A stretch of DNA of 64,000 nt from positions 332,134,001 to 332,198,000 of the forward strand of contig OZ024742.1 in the NCBI GenBank assembly GCA_964016885.1. The letters run 5' to 3'. Both the position numbers and the translations under genes were made by a program. This DNA comes from Eledone cirrhosa (taxonomy: Eukaryota). This document shows, piece by piece, positions 14,346 through 29,289 of the stretch (its first letter is position 1; each line of letters starts with the position of its first letter). The notes beneath the pieces are model-generated. The model worked only from the letters and a program-made list of their open reading frames with translations, searched no databases and was not told the origin of the DNA.

Positions 14346-15619
14346 GACAATATTATATACATGTGTGTGTGTGTACGTGTGTGTGTATGCGTACGGGTGC
14401 GTTCGTTTGTGTGCGTCCGCGCGTGTGGGTGCGTATATGTTCAACTGTCTGTGTGTGTTTGCATGTGCCCTTCTGTGGTTGTGTCATTCTGTGTGCGTGT
14501 GTGTAGGTGTATAAATGCGTGCGTGGGTGTGTATGTAAAGACAAAACGAAAAGATGCTGCTTTTATACAACAGCGAAAGATAATTTATTTTTGAGATGTA
14601 GTGAAAATTACCTCCAAAATATTCTACTAGGAAATATATGTTATAACCACATAAAAGAAACAGGAACTATTCTACGTGGTAAATAGACACACATGCACGT
14701 TACTCTACATTTTAATACGTCTAAACGAGACATTTATTCACTGAATATATACAAAGACTAATTAAGAAAGTGTGTATGTACTGACATTAATACTTACATA
14801 CATACGTTATCTCCAATCTATTCCGAAATGTAATTGGAGTTAGCAGCGCTAATAAATCTGCCAAGTATTAATTATATATCATATACTTTTATCAGATTAA
14901 CTTGAAAAATGTTTCTTGGTAACACTAAAGGTCATTACTTTAGGAAGCTTAGTGTCGATTTTGGTAGGAATTTGGTCTGCATTGGTCAGAGTTCAAGCCA
15001 TCCAATTTCCATTTCATTCTCCTATTAACACCCGCAAAGCTTACAATGCACACCCACACAGACAGACAAACACACACGCACACGCACACACAATCGCATA
15101 ACATATACTTATAAATATATATATATATATATGCATGTGTGTTCATACATATAATGTTACTTACACATATATGCATATTTATGTGTGTAAGCATGGTTAT
15201 ATATATGCATATAAGTAATTATTTGTGAGCTTTATAATGGCGTTTGAGTATAACATTGACAGTAAATGGGTTATAATGAATTAAATATACAAATATAACT
15301 GCTATTTATTTTTTATTTCTTCCAACATGGTGACTTAAGAGAAAACAATATCCTTATATTTATAATTCTTCACATTATTCTTGTTTATTATAGTCAACCA
15401 CGACACATGCTTCCGCACATATACATAGAAGCAAACACACTCACAGATACACACAAACCCACACACACAGAGATGCACATAATCCCAGAAACATTTGCTG
15501 ATAAAACCACACATAAATACACATAATATTTGCTGATTTCAATCATTGGACTAAGGCCATGCATATTTTATAAGCTTCGTATATTTTGTTTTATTATTTA
15601 TTTCAACAGGGTCTTGAGG

Positions 15620-16340
15620 ATTTCAAGAATCGTTTGAACATTGGACAAATTGCATTGTGCTATTTATTACGACTTTTAAGTTTAGAGTTCAAATTCAGTG
15701 GGGATCAACTTTAATTTCGTTCTTGCAGAATCGATTGCCAAATGTACCTTTCAAGTACGTGAAGTCCATTTAAATTGCTAGCCTGTTTCATGAATCCGAA
15801 TAGATTATTCATTTCGGCAGAATGTAGTGGGTTGGCACAATTGTTAGAGCTTCAGATAAAGTGATTTGCATTATTTAGTTACGGCCCATTAATTCCGATT
15901 ACAACTTAAATCACGGTCACCTTTGCATTTCATCTTTCAGGTGTGGATTAAAAGTACTAAGATCTATTTACACGATTTTGCTTAATTCCAAATTTCCATG
16001 ATTGTGCCTCAATTAGAATCCATTAATTATTTCGCCAATCTTGTAGGACCTACTTCTATTATTTGATTATTATTACACCATTTTTACATTAATATTTGTT
16101 ACGCTTTCTTCATTTGAAGGATAATATATATTCGATTCATTTACAAAACAAAGATCGCAAAGCATCCTGCCTGGTTCTTTAACATTTCTGCTAATCCATT
16201 AGCTCATGGGAAGGTCATTTATTTATCGACCAGATAGGATAAAAGGCAAAACCTCAACGGGATTTCAAATCAGAGCGCAGGTAACTGGAATACAGAAACA
16301 TTTAATCCAGCATTCTAATGATTCTAAGACGGGCGGATTA
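15620..16340. mobile_element. Cluster of three highly diverged SINE family 1 relics (+,+,-)
   Basis: Residual gagttcaaattc, cctttgcatttcatc and ggataaaaggcaaa motifs. Confidence 0.45.
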
Positions 16341-17444
16341 AACATCTTATTTCTTCCGACTTTTTACAAAGGGCTTAACTGTTAATGCTTTTAATGCATA
16401 TAATTCACACAATATTTTGAAATGGAATACATTTATTTAGCAATTGTACTTGGTTAGTAAGTGACTTGATCTCTAACCGTGTTGAAACTAAAGTTTAAAC
16501 GAAAAAATGTTACCTTGACTTTATGTTTATCATGTGTTTGTTGGTGCGAACATTTTTGTCGCACGTTAAGTGACCTGGTTACTGAATGTACACTGCAACA
16601 ATGCATGTTTTATATAAATACGCAGCTTTTGAGCTTCCAATCATTTTGACAGACTTCCATATATAGGAAACTTAAGTTTAAAAGTTAGCGAATGTAAAGG
16701 GAAAACACATAATATGTCCGTTGTTTCATCTAACTATATGTTTAGAAGAGTTAGCGTTTTAAGTTATGAATAATATATATAAATTAATGTATTTCATATT
16801 TCAGACAAGGGAGAGGAATATTTAGTTATATTTATATTGAATATTTTTTCCTGTTGCTTTGGGAAAAATACAACAATGTTTTGTGATGTCATTTCAAAAA
16901 TGATTTTTACTAATATTATTCCGAATTTGTTTTCCTTTAACAAAAGTAATTTTTTAACCATCTAAACGAAAATATTTAGTTTCAATATTTTGGATTTATG
17001 GATTCTTAAGTACATGGAAATGAAACTGGATAATATAAATAAATATTTTCTGTGCTGCAATATTACAATTAGTTGTATGTTTAGTATTGGCAGCACTTCA
17101 CTATACATAATATTACAAGTGATATTTAAATGAAGATAATTTCGCTAAGGAAGTTCTGAGATATTTTGTTAGAATAAACAAAAGATCAACTGTGAATTGT
17201 TCATGCCTAGTGTCAGGAATTTTTGCTACAATGTCACTATTATGCATGTTACCAGAATGGCAGAAGTATAGTTAAGCATGTCGCTTTGAAAAGATAAATT
17301 ATCCACTTCGATCTTACTCGAGTCGACCCAGTTGAGCTAACTCTAAATTTGCATGAATATGTTTTGTAATCGGCCAGCCTATGTGTAAATGTGTAAGGCT
17401 TTGATTCTCTCTAACTCTTTCCTTATTTTATGTCATAACGATAT

Positions 17445-18526
17445 TATGAACAACACAACCAATAAGTTCCTTGGCAAACATCGCCCTATCAAGAAGCCCT
17501 AGGTCAAATTTGACATACTTGATATGTACAACAGACGGAAGGAGCTGAAGAGGAAGAAGAACGATGAGGAAGGAGCAAAACAGTACGGGGCAGTCAACCA
17601 AGGATTAAAGAAAGCCATGATAAGAGCAAATGAGAAATTGATTGAAGAGAAGTGCCAGAACATCGAAGATAACCTGAAAAAGAACATTAGCAAAAAAGCT
17701 TACCAACTGGTGAAAGACCTGGCCAGCACTAAACAAGGGCTAATAACATCCATACAGGAAAAGGACGGAAAATCCTGACTGAAGAACAGGACATCCCAAA
17801 GAGATGGACTGGGTACTGGTGAGAGCTATACAACCAGAGAGCCACAGGAGATCCAGAAGTACTGAAAATCCCTCCAGGAACCAACAACGACAACTACCGC
17901 ATTCTTCTTGAGGAAGTGGAAGCAGCAGTGAAATCGCTCGAGAAGAGGAAGTCTGCAGTGGAAAGCATCCCATTGGAGCTTGTGCAGGCAAGGGAAGAAG
18001 CCATGAGAAGCGCCTTAATGACCATCTGCAACAAGATCTAGCAGAGAGGGGAATGGCCAACAACATGGATCTAGTCACTCATCATCAACCTCCCCAAGAA
18101 AGGTAACCTACAGCTATGCCAAAATTATCGTAATATCAGCCTCATCAGTCACCCGTGAAAAGTCAATCATGAAGATCTTGCTAAACTGACTGAAATCGCA
18201 AGCAGAAAAGATTATCGCAAGCAGGCTTCCAACCAGAACGAAGCATAATAGAGCAGTGCTTCAAACTTAGAATGATATGTGAAAGGTACCTCCAAAATTA
18301 ATAGAACGTCTACCACCTCTTTTGGACTTGAAGATGGTGTTCAAAAGGGTTTGCCACGCAGCACTTTGGGCCACAATGAGGCTGTACAATATCAATGGAA
18401 ACGTAATCAGAGGGATACGGAGCCTATATGACAAAATAATCCGGAATGGATAGGCGAGAGGATAGAAGGAGCTGGTTGCCAGGACATCTGTGGGGCCCCA
18501 ACGGTCTACTAGACTACGGGACAGAT
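17445..18526 (+). mobile_element. Decayed, internally deleted RTE (BovB-like) LINE
   Basis: IEEKCQNIE, LPKKGNLQLCQNYRNISLISHP, many stop codons; RTE-like 3' end gccccaacggtc...ctacgggacaga next to (TA)n. Confidence 0.85.
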
Positions 18527-18528
18527 AT

Positions 18529-19669
<1,141 letters not shown>

Positions 19670-19830
19670 TTTGATATAATAGAAAATCGAGGAGGTTTCG
19701 TTTACATATAAAAAATATTTATCGTGTATCGACCTGTCACGCGCGTTTCGCAGATGATTAGCTCAATGTGGCCCTTAGGAGTTATCGACCTACACTATAT
19801 ATATATATATATATTATATATATATATATA

Positions 19831-20160
19831 TAATAAATCGAGGACGAATCGTTACTCCTTCATTAGGTTTGTTGGTTGGTGACGCAAGGTTCGATCTGTA
19901 TCGATCTCGTCCAGCTCTGCAATCATTGGCTCATCGGACCTATGTGATAGTAGCGTGCATTACTACCACAGAGGTCGATGCAGATCGAACCTTCAGCTGA
20001 TCAATAGCGAAATGCGCGTCACCAACCAATAAACGCAATGAAGGCGTAGCTATTTGTCCTTGTTTTATTATAGTACACTCTGAATACTTCTAATATATAT
20101 CCGACATGAACCTAAACATCGAGTGGTCACACAGGTGAACCTACAGCAACTCCGCGTTTC

Positions 20161-20163
<3 letters not shown>
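19831..20163. mobile_element. Diverged inverted-arm-plus-tail element with a split HHR with long stem II; a related fragment lies at 19680-19795
   Basis: Arms 19831-19908 and 19972-20070. The minus arm has GGT-CCGATGA-GC, the plus arm has GC-GAAA-TGCGCG-TC-ACC. Tail 20071-20163. Confidence 0.6.
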
Positions 20164-20195
<32 letters not shown>

Positions 20196-20215
20196 TCAAC
20201 GTGCAGTGCACAAAC

Positions 20216-20268
<53 letters not shown>

Positions 20269-20338
20269 CAATTTATCGTTTATATATATTTATCAATTTA
20301 TCGTTTTCGGTATGCCTGACCGATTTAACTCACTCAAT

Positions 20339-20346
20339 ATGCAAAT
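20339..20346 (+). promoter_or_regulatory. Octamer motif ATGCAAAT (present in each 466-bp unit)
   Basis: Exact octamer ~80 bp upstream of each HHR; function not shown. Confidence 0.35.
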
Positions 20347-20419
20347 TAGGCTGCTCAGCCGTTAATTTTCATAAGGAAAGTATATACTTTCGAACGTTCA
20401 ACTATCTGGCAGATGGGTA

Positions 20420-20464
20420 AACGGTGCTGATGATAGCTAACAAGCTTGAAACTAGTACATCGTT
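20420..20464 (+). ncRNA. Canonical minimal type-I hammerhead ribozyme, unit 1
   Basis: AACGGTG-CTGATGA-TAGCT aaca AGCTT-GAAA-CTAG-TA-CATCGTT; GUA cleavage triplet; palindromic stem III ACTAGT. Confidence 0.92.
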
Positions 20465-20885
20465 CCTGTGTCAGTGTTGAACAAAAAGGTGACGTGGTTG
20501 CCTTAACACCGTATGGCATAAATTCAGGCTGTTCAGTTTGTTTACAAACGAACAAAGCGACGTTAGCGCCGCTAAACTGATACGTGCATATATGTATGTG
20601 TACCTGTATGCATATGTATGTATATATGTATATATATATATATATGTGCATGCTACTGTACGTCTGTATACATATATGTATGTACGTATGCATGCATACT
20701 TACATTTAAGTAAGTGCCATACTAAGAGTGAGAAATGAAATTTCGTTTTCATTTTGTTTCAATTTATCGTTTTCGGTATGCCTGACCGATTTAACTCACT
20801 CAATATGCAAATTAGGCTGCTCAGCCGTTAATTTTCATAAGGAAAGTATATACTTTCGAACGTTCAACTATCTGGCAGATGGGTA

Positions 20886-20930
20886 AACGGTGCTGATGAT
20901 AGCTAACAAGCTTGAAACTAGTACATCGTT
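20886..20930 (+). ncRNA. Hammerhead ribozyme, unit 2
   Basis: Same sequence as unit 1, offset +466. Confidence 0.92.
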
Positions 20931-21351
20931 CCTGTGTCAGTGTTGAACAAAAAGGTGACGTGGTTGCCTTAACACCGTATGGCATAAATTCAGGCTGTTC
21001 AGTTTGTTTACAAACGAACAAAGCGACGTTAGCGCCGCTAAACTGATACGTGCATATATGTATGTGTACCTGTATGCATATGTATGTATATATGTATATA
21101 TATATATATATGTGCATGCTACTGTACGTCTGTATACATATATGTATGTACGTATGCATGCATACTTACATTTAAGTAAGTGCCATACTAAGAGTGAGAA
21201 ATGAAATTTCGTTTTCATTTTGTTTCAATTTATCGTTTTCGGTATGCCTGACCGATTTAACTCACTCAATATGCAAATTAGGCTGCTCAGCCGTTAATTT
21301 TCATAAGGAAAGTATATACTTTCGAACGTTCAACTATCTGGCAGATGGGTA

Positions 21352-21396
21352 AACGGTGCTGATGATAGCTAACAAGCTTGAAACTAGTACATCGTT
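21352..21396 (+). ncRNA. Hammerhead ribozyme, unit 3
   Basis: Same sequence as unit 1, offset +932. Confidence 0.92.
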
Positions 21397-21817
21397 CCTG
21401 TGTCAGTGTTGAACAAAAAGGTGACGTGGTTGCCTTAACACCGTATGGCATAAATTCAGGCTGTTCAGTTTGTTTACAAACGAACAAAGCGACGTTAGCG
21501 CCGCTAAACTGATACGTGCATATATGTATGTGTACCTGTATGCATATGTATGTATATATGTATATATATATATATATGTGCATGCTACTGTACGTCTGTA
21601 TACATATATGTATGTACGTATGCATGCATACTTACATTTAAGTAAGTGCCATACTAAGAGTGAGAAATGAAATTTCGTTTTCATTTTGTTTCAATTTATC
21701 GTTTTCGGTATGCCTGACCGATTTAACTCACTCAATATGCAAATTAGGCTGCTCAGCCGTTAATTTTCATAAGGAAAGTATATACTTTCGAACGTTCAAC
21801 TATCTGGCAGATGGGTA

Positions 21818-21862
21818 AACGGTGCTGATGATAGCTAACAAGCTTGAAACTAGTACATCGTT
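21818..21862 (+). ncRNA. Hammerhead ribozyme, unit 4
   Basis: Same sequence as unit 1, offset +1398. Confidence 0.92.
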
Positions 21863-22196
21863 CCTGTGTCAGTGTTGAACAAAAAGGTGACGTGGTTGCC
21901 TTAACACCGTATGGCATAAATTCAGGCTGTTCAGTTTGTTTACAAACGAACAAAGCGACGTTAGCGCCGCTAAACTGATACGTGCATATATGTATGTGTA
22001 CCTGTATGCATATGTATGTATATATGTATATATATATATATATGTGCATGCTACTGTACGTCTGTATACATATATGTATGTACGTATGCATGCATACTTA
22101 CATTTAAGTAAGTGCCATACTAAGAGTGAGAAATGAAATTTCGTTTTCATTTTGTTTCAATATATATATATATAATTTTTGTGCATTGCACGTTGC

Positions 22197-22243
<47 letters not shown>

Positions 22244-22973
22244 CTACGTGCAGTGCACGCAAATTCACAAGTCCCGCTAAATTAGTGAGATTGATGATGT
22301 CTTAATAAGAGGAGGAGAGTTTCTGAAGTAAGATGTCGTCTCAATGAGTGGAAGAGAGTCGCAATTTATTTTTTATATATATTTCTTTTTAGGGGAGAAG
22401 AGACGGGTGACTCTGGGGGGAGGCATCGTTTCACTAAGATTTAGTTACTATCGATAGCATGTCTAGCCAACAGGGAATGGCTTTCCCTCCATCGCCGATT
22501 TCACGAGGAACAAAGTTAAGGCGAAAGATGACAAGACGAAAGAAAGAACAGGAGAAAGATGGAAAAAAACAAAAACGATAGGAGGTAAGGCGGAAAATGT
22601 TGAAGAGGGAAAGGTCTACCAGCTAAAAGAAAGTGGGAAAGTATTCAATTAAATAAAACAAAAACGAACGAAAGGAAGGAAAAAGAAGGAAATAATAACG
22701 TATAAAAAACTGAAGACAGGAAGGAAATTGGAAATGAATATAAAGTAGGAAAAAAGAAAGAAGGAATGAAAGAAATAACGATGAAATGAAACAGGAAATT
22801 AAATAAGGCAAAAAGATATAAAAGAAAATAGAGAAAGAAAAAGCAAAATTCTGAAATATGAGAGAAGAGAGAGACATACGAGAAGAGAGAGACTGAGAAT
22901 AGGACACACACACACACATTTAAATATATATACATATAGAGAGAAGAGCCAGAGTGACATGTATATATATAGA

Positions 22974-23053
<80 letters not shown>

Positions 23054-23589
23054 GAGAGAAAAGAGAGTGAAATGTGCACAGAGAGTATCTCAAGAATGTT
23101 CCAGATATATAATGGAATGAGTCACGTGTCAAAGTTCATTAGTAGCTGTTAGTGCGTGTGTATAAGTTTTGTAAACGTTTGTCTTTGAATGGTTCTGTGT
23201 TCTTTAGTTCCTTGAACAGAGTCAGTGTGTATAAGTATTTTCGAGGAAGATACAGTTGGAAAGAGAGGAACTATTTGTTTATGTATATCTAAATAAATAT
23301 GTGTATGTGTGGATATGTGTGTAAATGAATATGTGTATGTGTGGATGTAGAGAGGGTTCATGCCCATGTCTACTTAAATATGCGTGTTTGTGGGGAGTGG
23401 TTGAGAAAAACTCTGTGATTGTGTATGTGAGGGAATAAAAGGTGATAGTGATAGTGTATGTGTATGTGTGCGCGTAAATAGCTGCACTGGTCAAACTTGT
23501 GTTATAGGTCAACTAGTTTTGATACAGGTCAGTAAGAACTGAGATGTCGAGAAATTCTAGAAGGAAATCGGGGGGAGGAGGAGACAAGA

Positions 23590-24400
23590 AAAACAAACAA
23601 ACAGACGAAACCAAAAAAAATAACAAAAAATAAAATAACTTCATCAACAACAACGTCAATACAAATACCAATAACAACAACAACATTAATAAGAGAAGCA
23701 GTAGAAATAATAAAAACAAAATAAGAAGAAATAATTGGTCAGATGAAAATCTGTCCAAATTAATTTCCATCTGATTTCACCACCAATACCACCATCACCA
23801 ACATTACCCTGCCACCAGTAACATTACTACCATCACTATACCACCAATATTACCATCATCATCACTACCCCAACCATCAACACGAGCAACAACATTACCC
23901 CCATCACCATAAAAAACAGTACAATCATCATGATCAGTAACACAACCACCAACACTACTGTCATCATCACTACCAAAGCTACTACTATTACTTCTACCAC
24001 CATTACAAGCATCACCACTACCACCACCACCACCAAACATACCTCAACACAATCCTCACACCACCACCATCAATCATGCCCTCAACACCATCCAAACACC
24101 AACTACATCGCAATGCAAAAATCATCACCACCTCCATCTGTATAAAATAATCATGTTTCCTCTTTATGAATATCAACATCAACATTATCATCGTCACCTC
24201 CATAACCAACATCATCCACATTAACATCAACACCACTTATAACTATGATGCTATTGCTTCAGCATTGCCAATGTCAAGGCGTTACTACAACTACCAGCAC
24301 CACCCTCATATCCATACCATTGCTAACACTACTATCACCAACACCATCATCTCCAAATTCAAGTTCCCTCCGTCAGCATCACCACAGCCATGGTCATTAC
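23590..24400. repeat. Degenerate (CAC/CAT/CAA)n low-complexity tract
   Basis: Direct reading. Confidence 0.85.
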
Positions 24401-24840
24401 CACATAAAACACACAGAGATGACAATACAAACACACACACAAAACACACATAGACATGACAACACAAAACACACACAAAACATAGTCATGGCAATACAAA
24501 ACTCTCGCAAAACACACGACCATGATGCGTGCGCAAACGCATGCGTAGACACGAATCACAAAAAGCACACCACAAAACAAAGACAAGATGGAGTAGAAGT
24601 TTAAGACCAGAAAAAAGAGGTGGCACAAAACTGATAGTCGTTCAGTAGGTCACAGGATGTGACACGAAAGAACGTTGACAAACAAATGAATAACGAACAA
24701 TAAAGAGAAAGATCAAGTGAAAATTATAAGGTGCGTATGTTTATTTCTATTGGCAACATGACCATCTCCAAATATAAATATATCGGATCCAACAGACGAT
24801 TTCATATTAATAATTTTGCTGGACAAATGCATAAATTTGT
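24400..24840 (+). mobile_element. Old diverged copy of the 3' UTR/pLTR and tail of the 11401-12860 PLE family
   Basis: ggtcacaggatgtgacacgaaagaac, tattggcaacatgacc, and a tail atcggatccaacagacg similar to 3268-3325. Confidence 0.7.
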
Positions 24841-24862
24841 ATATATATATGTATCACAACAA

Positions 24863-25103
24863 AAACACCCAGTCCACACTGTAAAGAGGTCATGTCGGAG
24901 ACACGGTAAAAAGGCTCCCAGTCCACACTGTAAAAGTAGTTGGTGTTATGAAGGGCATCCAGCCATAGAAAACCTGCCAGAGACACTTTCGTACGAGCGA
25001 GATACGGTCTCCCGACCAATCCCGCATCAAATGGTACAAAACTGTCTAACCCATGTAGGCGTGGAAGATGGGCGTTAAACGATGATGATGATGATGATGA
25101 TGA
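24863..25103 (+). mobile_element. SINE 3' part with (GAT)n tail
   Basis: gaagggcatccagccatagaaaacctgcc...ggcgttaaacgatgatgat. Confidence 0.65.
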
Positions 25104-27900
25104 TTTATTAATATTCGCCCACTTATTCCAGGTAGGGTCGATGGGGCAGGGTCTTCAAACACACGTTCCAACGCATCCTTTCAATAGCATCCATCTCCAA
25201 TTGATCCGGCAGGATCCCCAGACTAAACTGACCGAGTTCATGGATGTTATCCAAACATATTGCTCAGAATCTACCCCTGAGTCTCCCGCTGATTGATTTC
25301 GCCAGTGAAATCTGTCCAGTGAGATTTTCTCACCATATGTCCATATTATCAGAGCTTTGATCTCTCAATTCGGAGATGTAGAGATTCTACTTGAAGCAAC
25401 ACTCGTATCTCCAAGCTACGCATTCAATCGAGTAACGTTATTCCAAAGACCTGTCGGAAGAACCTAATTTCTGCTGCTTGTATCTGCGATAGTGTTATTT
25501 CGATCATTAGCCAAGAATCATGAGCACGTGAAAGGGTTGGCACAAATAGCAAAATGAATGTAGCGAGCTTGGCTTTTATACCTATCTCATTTTTTTCTGA
25601 TTACCGAATGATGAAGCAGGCACATTACTTTGACAGCTCCTACAATTCTTGCCCTTAGTTCAAATTCCTGCTTTCCATTATTCATAACCACGGTCCCAAG
25701 ATATTTGAAATCCTCCACCTGCTTCAGCGGATTACCACTCTCATGTGCACTGCGCAGAATTCCTTGAGTGGATGAGTGCTTTCATCTCAGCCCTGATTTA
25801 TATTCCAGCTATACAGCAGTCAACATCAAACCTATAAATTGCATGTCGGATATCAACTTCTTGCGAGTTAAGTAATACCATGTCGTCTGTAAATTCCAGC
25901 CGACGGATCCTACACTCACCACTCGGTTCACACATCCAACCCGACTGCGCATATCAATCCAGTTCATGAAGATTATAAACTAGAGAGGTGACAGTTCACA
26001 TCCATGTCTGAGTCGGACTACCAAATTGAATGGTTTCAATTTAGTACCATTTATCCGAACGAAATTACTAGGGCACTCGTAGAAAAATATCAGGCACCAA
26101 AACTTGTCCATCGATCCAATACTCCTGCAGAATCCTCCGCTGCAGGTCACGTGGAATGCAATCGTATAACGTTTCGAGGTCTATGAAATAAGCATAGACC
26201 AATTGGAAATACACCCATCATTCTTCATATACCTACCGCAGCCTGAATAAATCGTAATCTCTGCTGCATCCAGGGCGTAAACCACACTGTTCTTTAGCAA
26301 GCATGGATTCGACAATCTCTCTACCTCTCTTTTCCAGACATTTAGCATATATTTTACCGGGAGGTTTAACAAGGAAATCGCTCTACAATTCGAGCAATTT
26401 CTCTTGTCTCTCGTTTTGAAAATTGGGATCATCAGCCCCGTTTGCCATTGCTTAAGAGTATTTCCAGAGACGAGGCGATCTGGCACACACGATTCAACCC
26501 GAGTATACCTTCTCTGCATAAGGCTTTTAACATCTCGGTCTTACCCCCCCCCCCCCCCCCCCCCAACGGCCTCACCGCAGTTGTGCTCATTAATTGCTTT
26601 TGATTCATAAGGTTAAGAGAGATTAGTCATCGTTCCCAGCTACACCTCATGGACATTAGAAAGTGCCTTTTGTGACCGGCTTTAGATCAGCAAAATATTA
26701 TTTCCGTCTCGAGATGATGTACATCTCTGAAGAGAGAACCCCGGACACTTTTCTGATAAGGTATGGAGGTGCACCACATTTTATTATGAAGTCAGTAGAT
26801 GGTTTGCGAATTGTCTGCCAGAACAATTTATTTGCTATTCTTACCCACAAATCCTCCCATGACTTAACTTTGGACGCCTTTACTGCCTCCGCTGCACCTT
26901 TTTGTGCTTGCTTAGGAGGTGGGCTATTTCCAAGCAAATGTTTGTTTGCCTCCTTCTTTGCTTAGATAGCATATTTGATCTATTGATTGAACGAAGTGTC
27001 CTTCGTCCACATGAAGCCATTTTCGTCCGCAACATTTAAGAGCTGAAGCTGAAAATGGAGTGACCACACTATTTTAACGTTCTCAGTTTGATCAGCGTGT
27101 TCTCCGAATTTGGATGCAATAGTGTCTGTATACCTGGTCCTGATTTCCTTATCAGTCAAAGCTGCCCGCTTTATTCTGTAGATCGGCTTGGACCTGCCAG
27201 TTTTATGGGCTTCCTTGTCTTTAGGTAGTCTCGGGTTATAGCTTACGAGATGGTGATCGGTTGACAGCTTAGCCACTCTTCTAACACGAAAATCTAGCAG
27301 AGAATCGAACAGATCAGAGACTGATTCCCATTACACCATATATATGAATGGATGAATTTATGCTGGAAGAAAGAGTCCATAATAGAGAACCCATTACTAG
27401 AACAGAAGTCTAATAAGGCCTTTCAATTCCTATTTATATCAGGATGACCGTGCCTTCCAATCACACCTATACATGTCAGATTGTCAGTGCCAACATGACA
27501 TTGATGTTTCCTATTAGGATATATAGCTCAATCTTAACTAGATCTAACGCAGCAGTTATTTCATCCAGGAAGGACCTGTATCCTGACTAATTATTTGGTA
27601 TATCAACTTGCACCACCTACTGAGATCTATCTTTCAACCGAAGTTTCAAGAAGCAAAACCTTCATACTAATAGAATCCAGTCCATAATACATTCTCAAAG
27701 CAAGGGGGCTTTTGAGTATCCCACCTTCCGCCTATGCAGTCATTTCCTGTGCCACACCTGAATAGTGGAGTGTCCATCCTCTAAACACAGAGCCATGGAG
27801 AGTTAAGGAAACCTGATTATATCAAGCCGGGAGGAATTAGCACCCCACCACAATTTTCCGATCATTATATCTGATATTCCAGATTCCAGGTTTCTATTTG
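25104..27900 (-). mobile_element. Decayed, near-complete RTE LINE ORF (APE endonuclease and RT)
   Basis: STDHHLV (endonuclease end), WQTGLMIPIFK..NCSNCRAISLLNLP, VEDFKYLG; many frameshifts. Confidence 0.85.
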
Positions 27901-28198
27901 CTCCCTTCCAAACTCTCCTTGAGGTCTCAAGATATGCAATATTTTTGTGTCTATCCCACGCTTGCGGGACAGGTCACAGGTTCATCGCCAGTTTTTACAG
28001 CATAAGATGGAGACTACAATATATTTTTTTGAAAAAGGCTCCTCTAAGGCCTGAACGAGTCGTTTGTTATCCCGCGCGAATGACGATGTGATTGGACTTA
28101 CTGTGTTGTGTCTAGACATACTGCAGTCATTTTTGGTGTTCTTATTCACCCCAGCCACTAATGCAACACTTTTCTGTGACCCACGAATCCACACACAT

Positions 28199-28250
<52 letters not shown>

Positions 28251-29289
28251 TTTACAACTTATCTGTTGTTTACTCTTGTCATTTAGTTGAAGCTGCGCGC
28301 ACACGGACACACATACCTATGCACACGCACACATACAGACACCTATACACAAATACGCAATGAATTGTGGTCATGCAGGGGCAGCATTTTGAAGTGCTTA
28401 ATCGATCATATCAACCCTAGCAATTATCATGTCCATCGCTACTTTATCTCTCTCTCTCTCTTTCTCTCTCTCTCGTTATATATATCTCTCTCTCTCCCCC
28501 CCTCTCTCTCTCTCTCACACACACACACTTTGAAAAACATCAGATCTATTCCCGTCTATTAAGTCATAATCACAAGTCAATGTAGTAGAGAGAAACCTGC
28601 TAAGTGAGATCGAAACTAGAGCTACATGGTTTCGAAATGAATTTCTTAACTACACAGCCATGCTTGTACCGATATAAAATTTTCTGTAATTTGTCATTCC
28701 ATTTTATTTGTATATTTTCTAAACTTTCTAACTTTTCTTTAAAATTCAGTATACAAAGGAGATAGTGTAGGTGGGATGTGTCACATTGCCTTAACCAGCC
28801 AACTGGTTTTAATGAAGTTGAGTCTAATTAGGAGAGACAATTCGTGGGAGAATGGAGCTTGGAAAACTATTTTTCCAGCTGGTTTGCCAGCTCACTCTAA
28901 ATTCATACTTCAATGCAGAACACACATCAGTCGTTATAGAACGAACCTAATTAAAATTTCATGGCTAGTACCAAGGTACAACACATAATTGTCCATAATA
29001 TGTCCGAAATTAAATTAGTTAGAAGGGTCGATCTCATGGCAAAAAGTCGGTGGACCGTGTAACATTGAAAATAAATAAAACAAATAATTTCGACCGTCAG
29101 CTATTATTAGCCATGGTAGTTCGGTTCTCGTTCAACCAATTTCACAGTTTCCGTGTATCGAATTTCCACCAAACGGTTTTTGTCGTCCCGAGATTATGGT
29201 AGAGAACATTTGCCCATGATTCTGGGCATTGAAAATGAACCAGATTCCAGGAATCTGTGAATCGAACTCTTTAGTCACTTAATTACAAA

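Larger units (their letters stand above)
20293..22161 (+). repeat. Tandem array of four apparently identical 466-bp units, each with a hammerhead ribozyme (non-LTR retrozyme / HHR satellite)
   Basis: Units start at 20294, 20760, 21226 and 21692; the ORF-track translations are identical at 466-bp spacing. Confidence 0.95.

Noticed and set aside
20355-22150. Repeated 112/93/66-aa ORFs in the 466-bp array; CRISPR-like interpretation of the array
   Set aside because: The ORFs run through microsatellite and show no domain. The units are identical with no spacers, and the DNA is eukaryotic.
23513-24628. Gly/Thr/His/Leu-rich ORFs
   Set aside because: Trinucleotide low-complexity sequence open in several frames; no splice or homology support.
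27960-28190. Possible mariner-type terminal fragment
   Set aside because: Only one vague TIR-like end and no convincing transposase motif.
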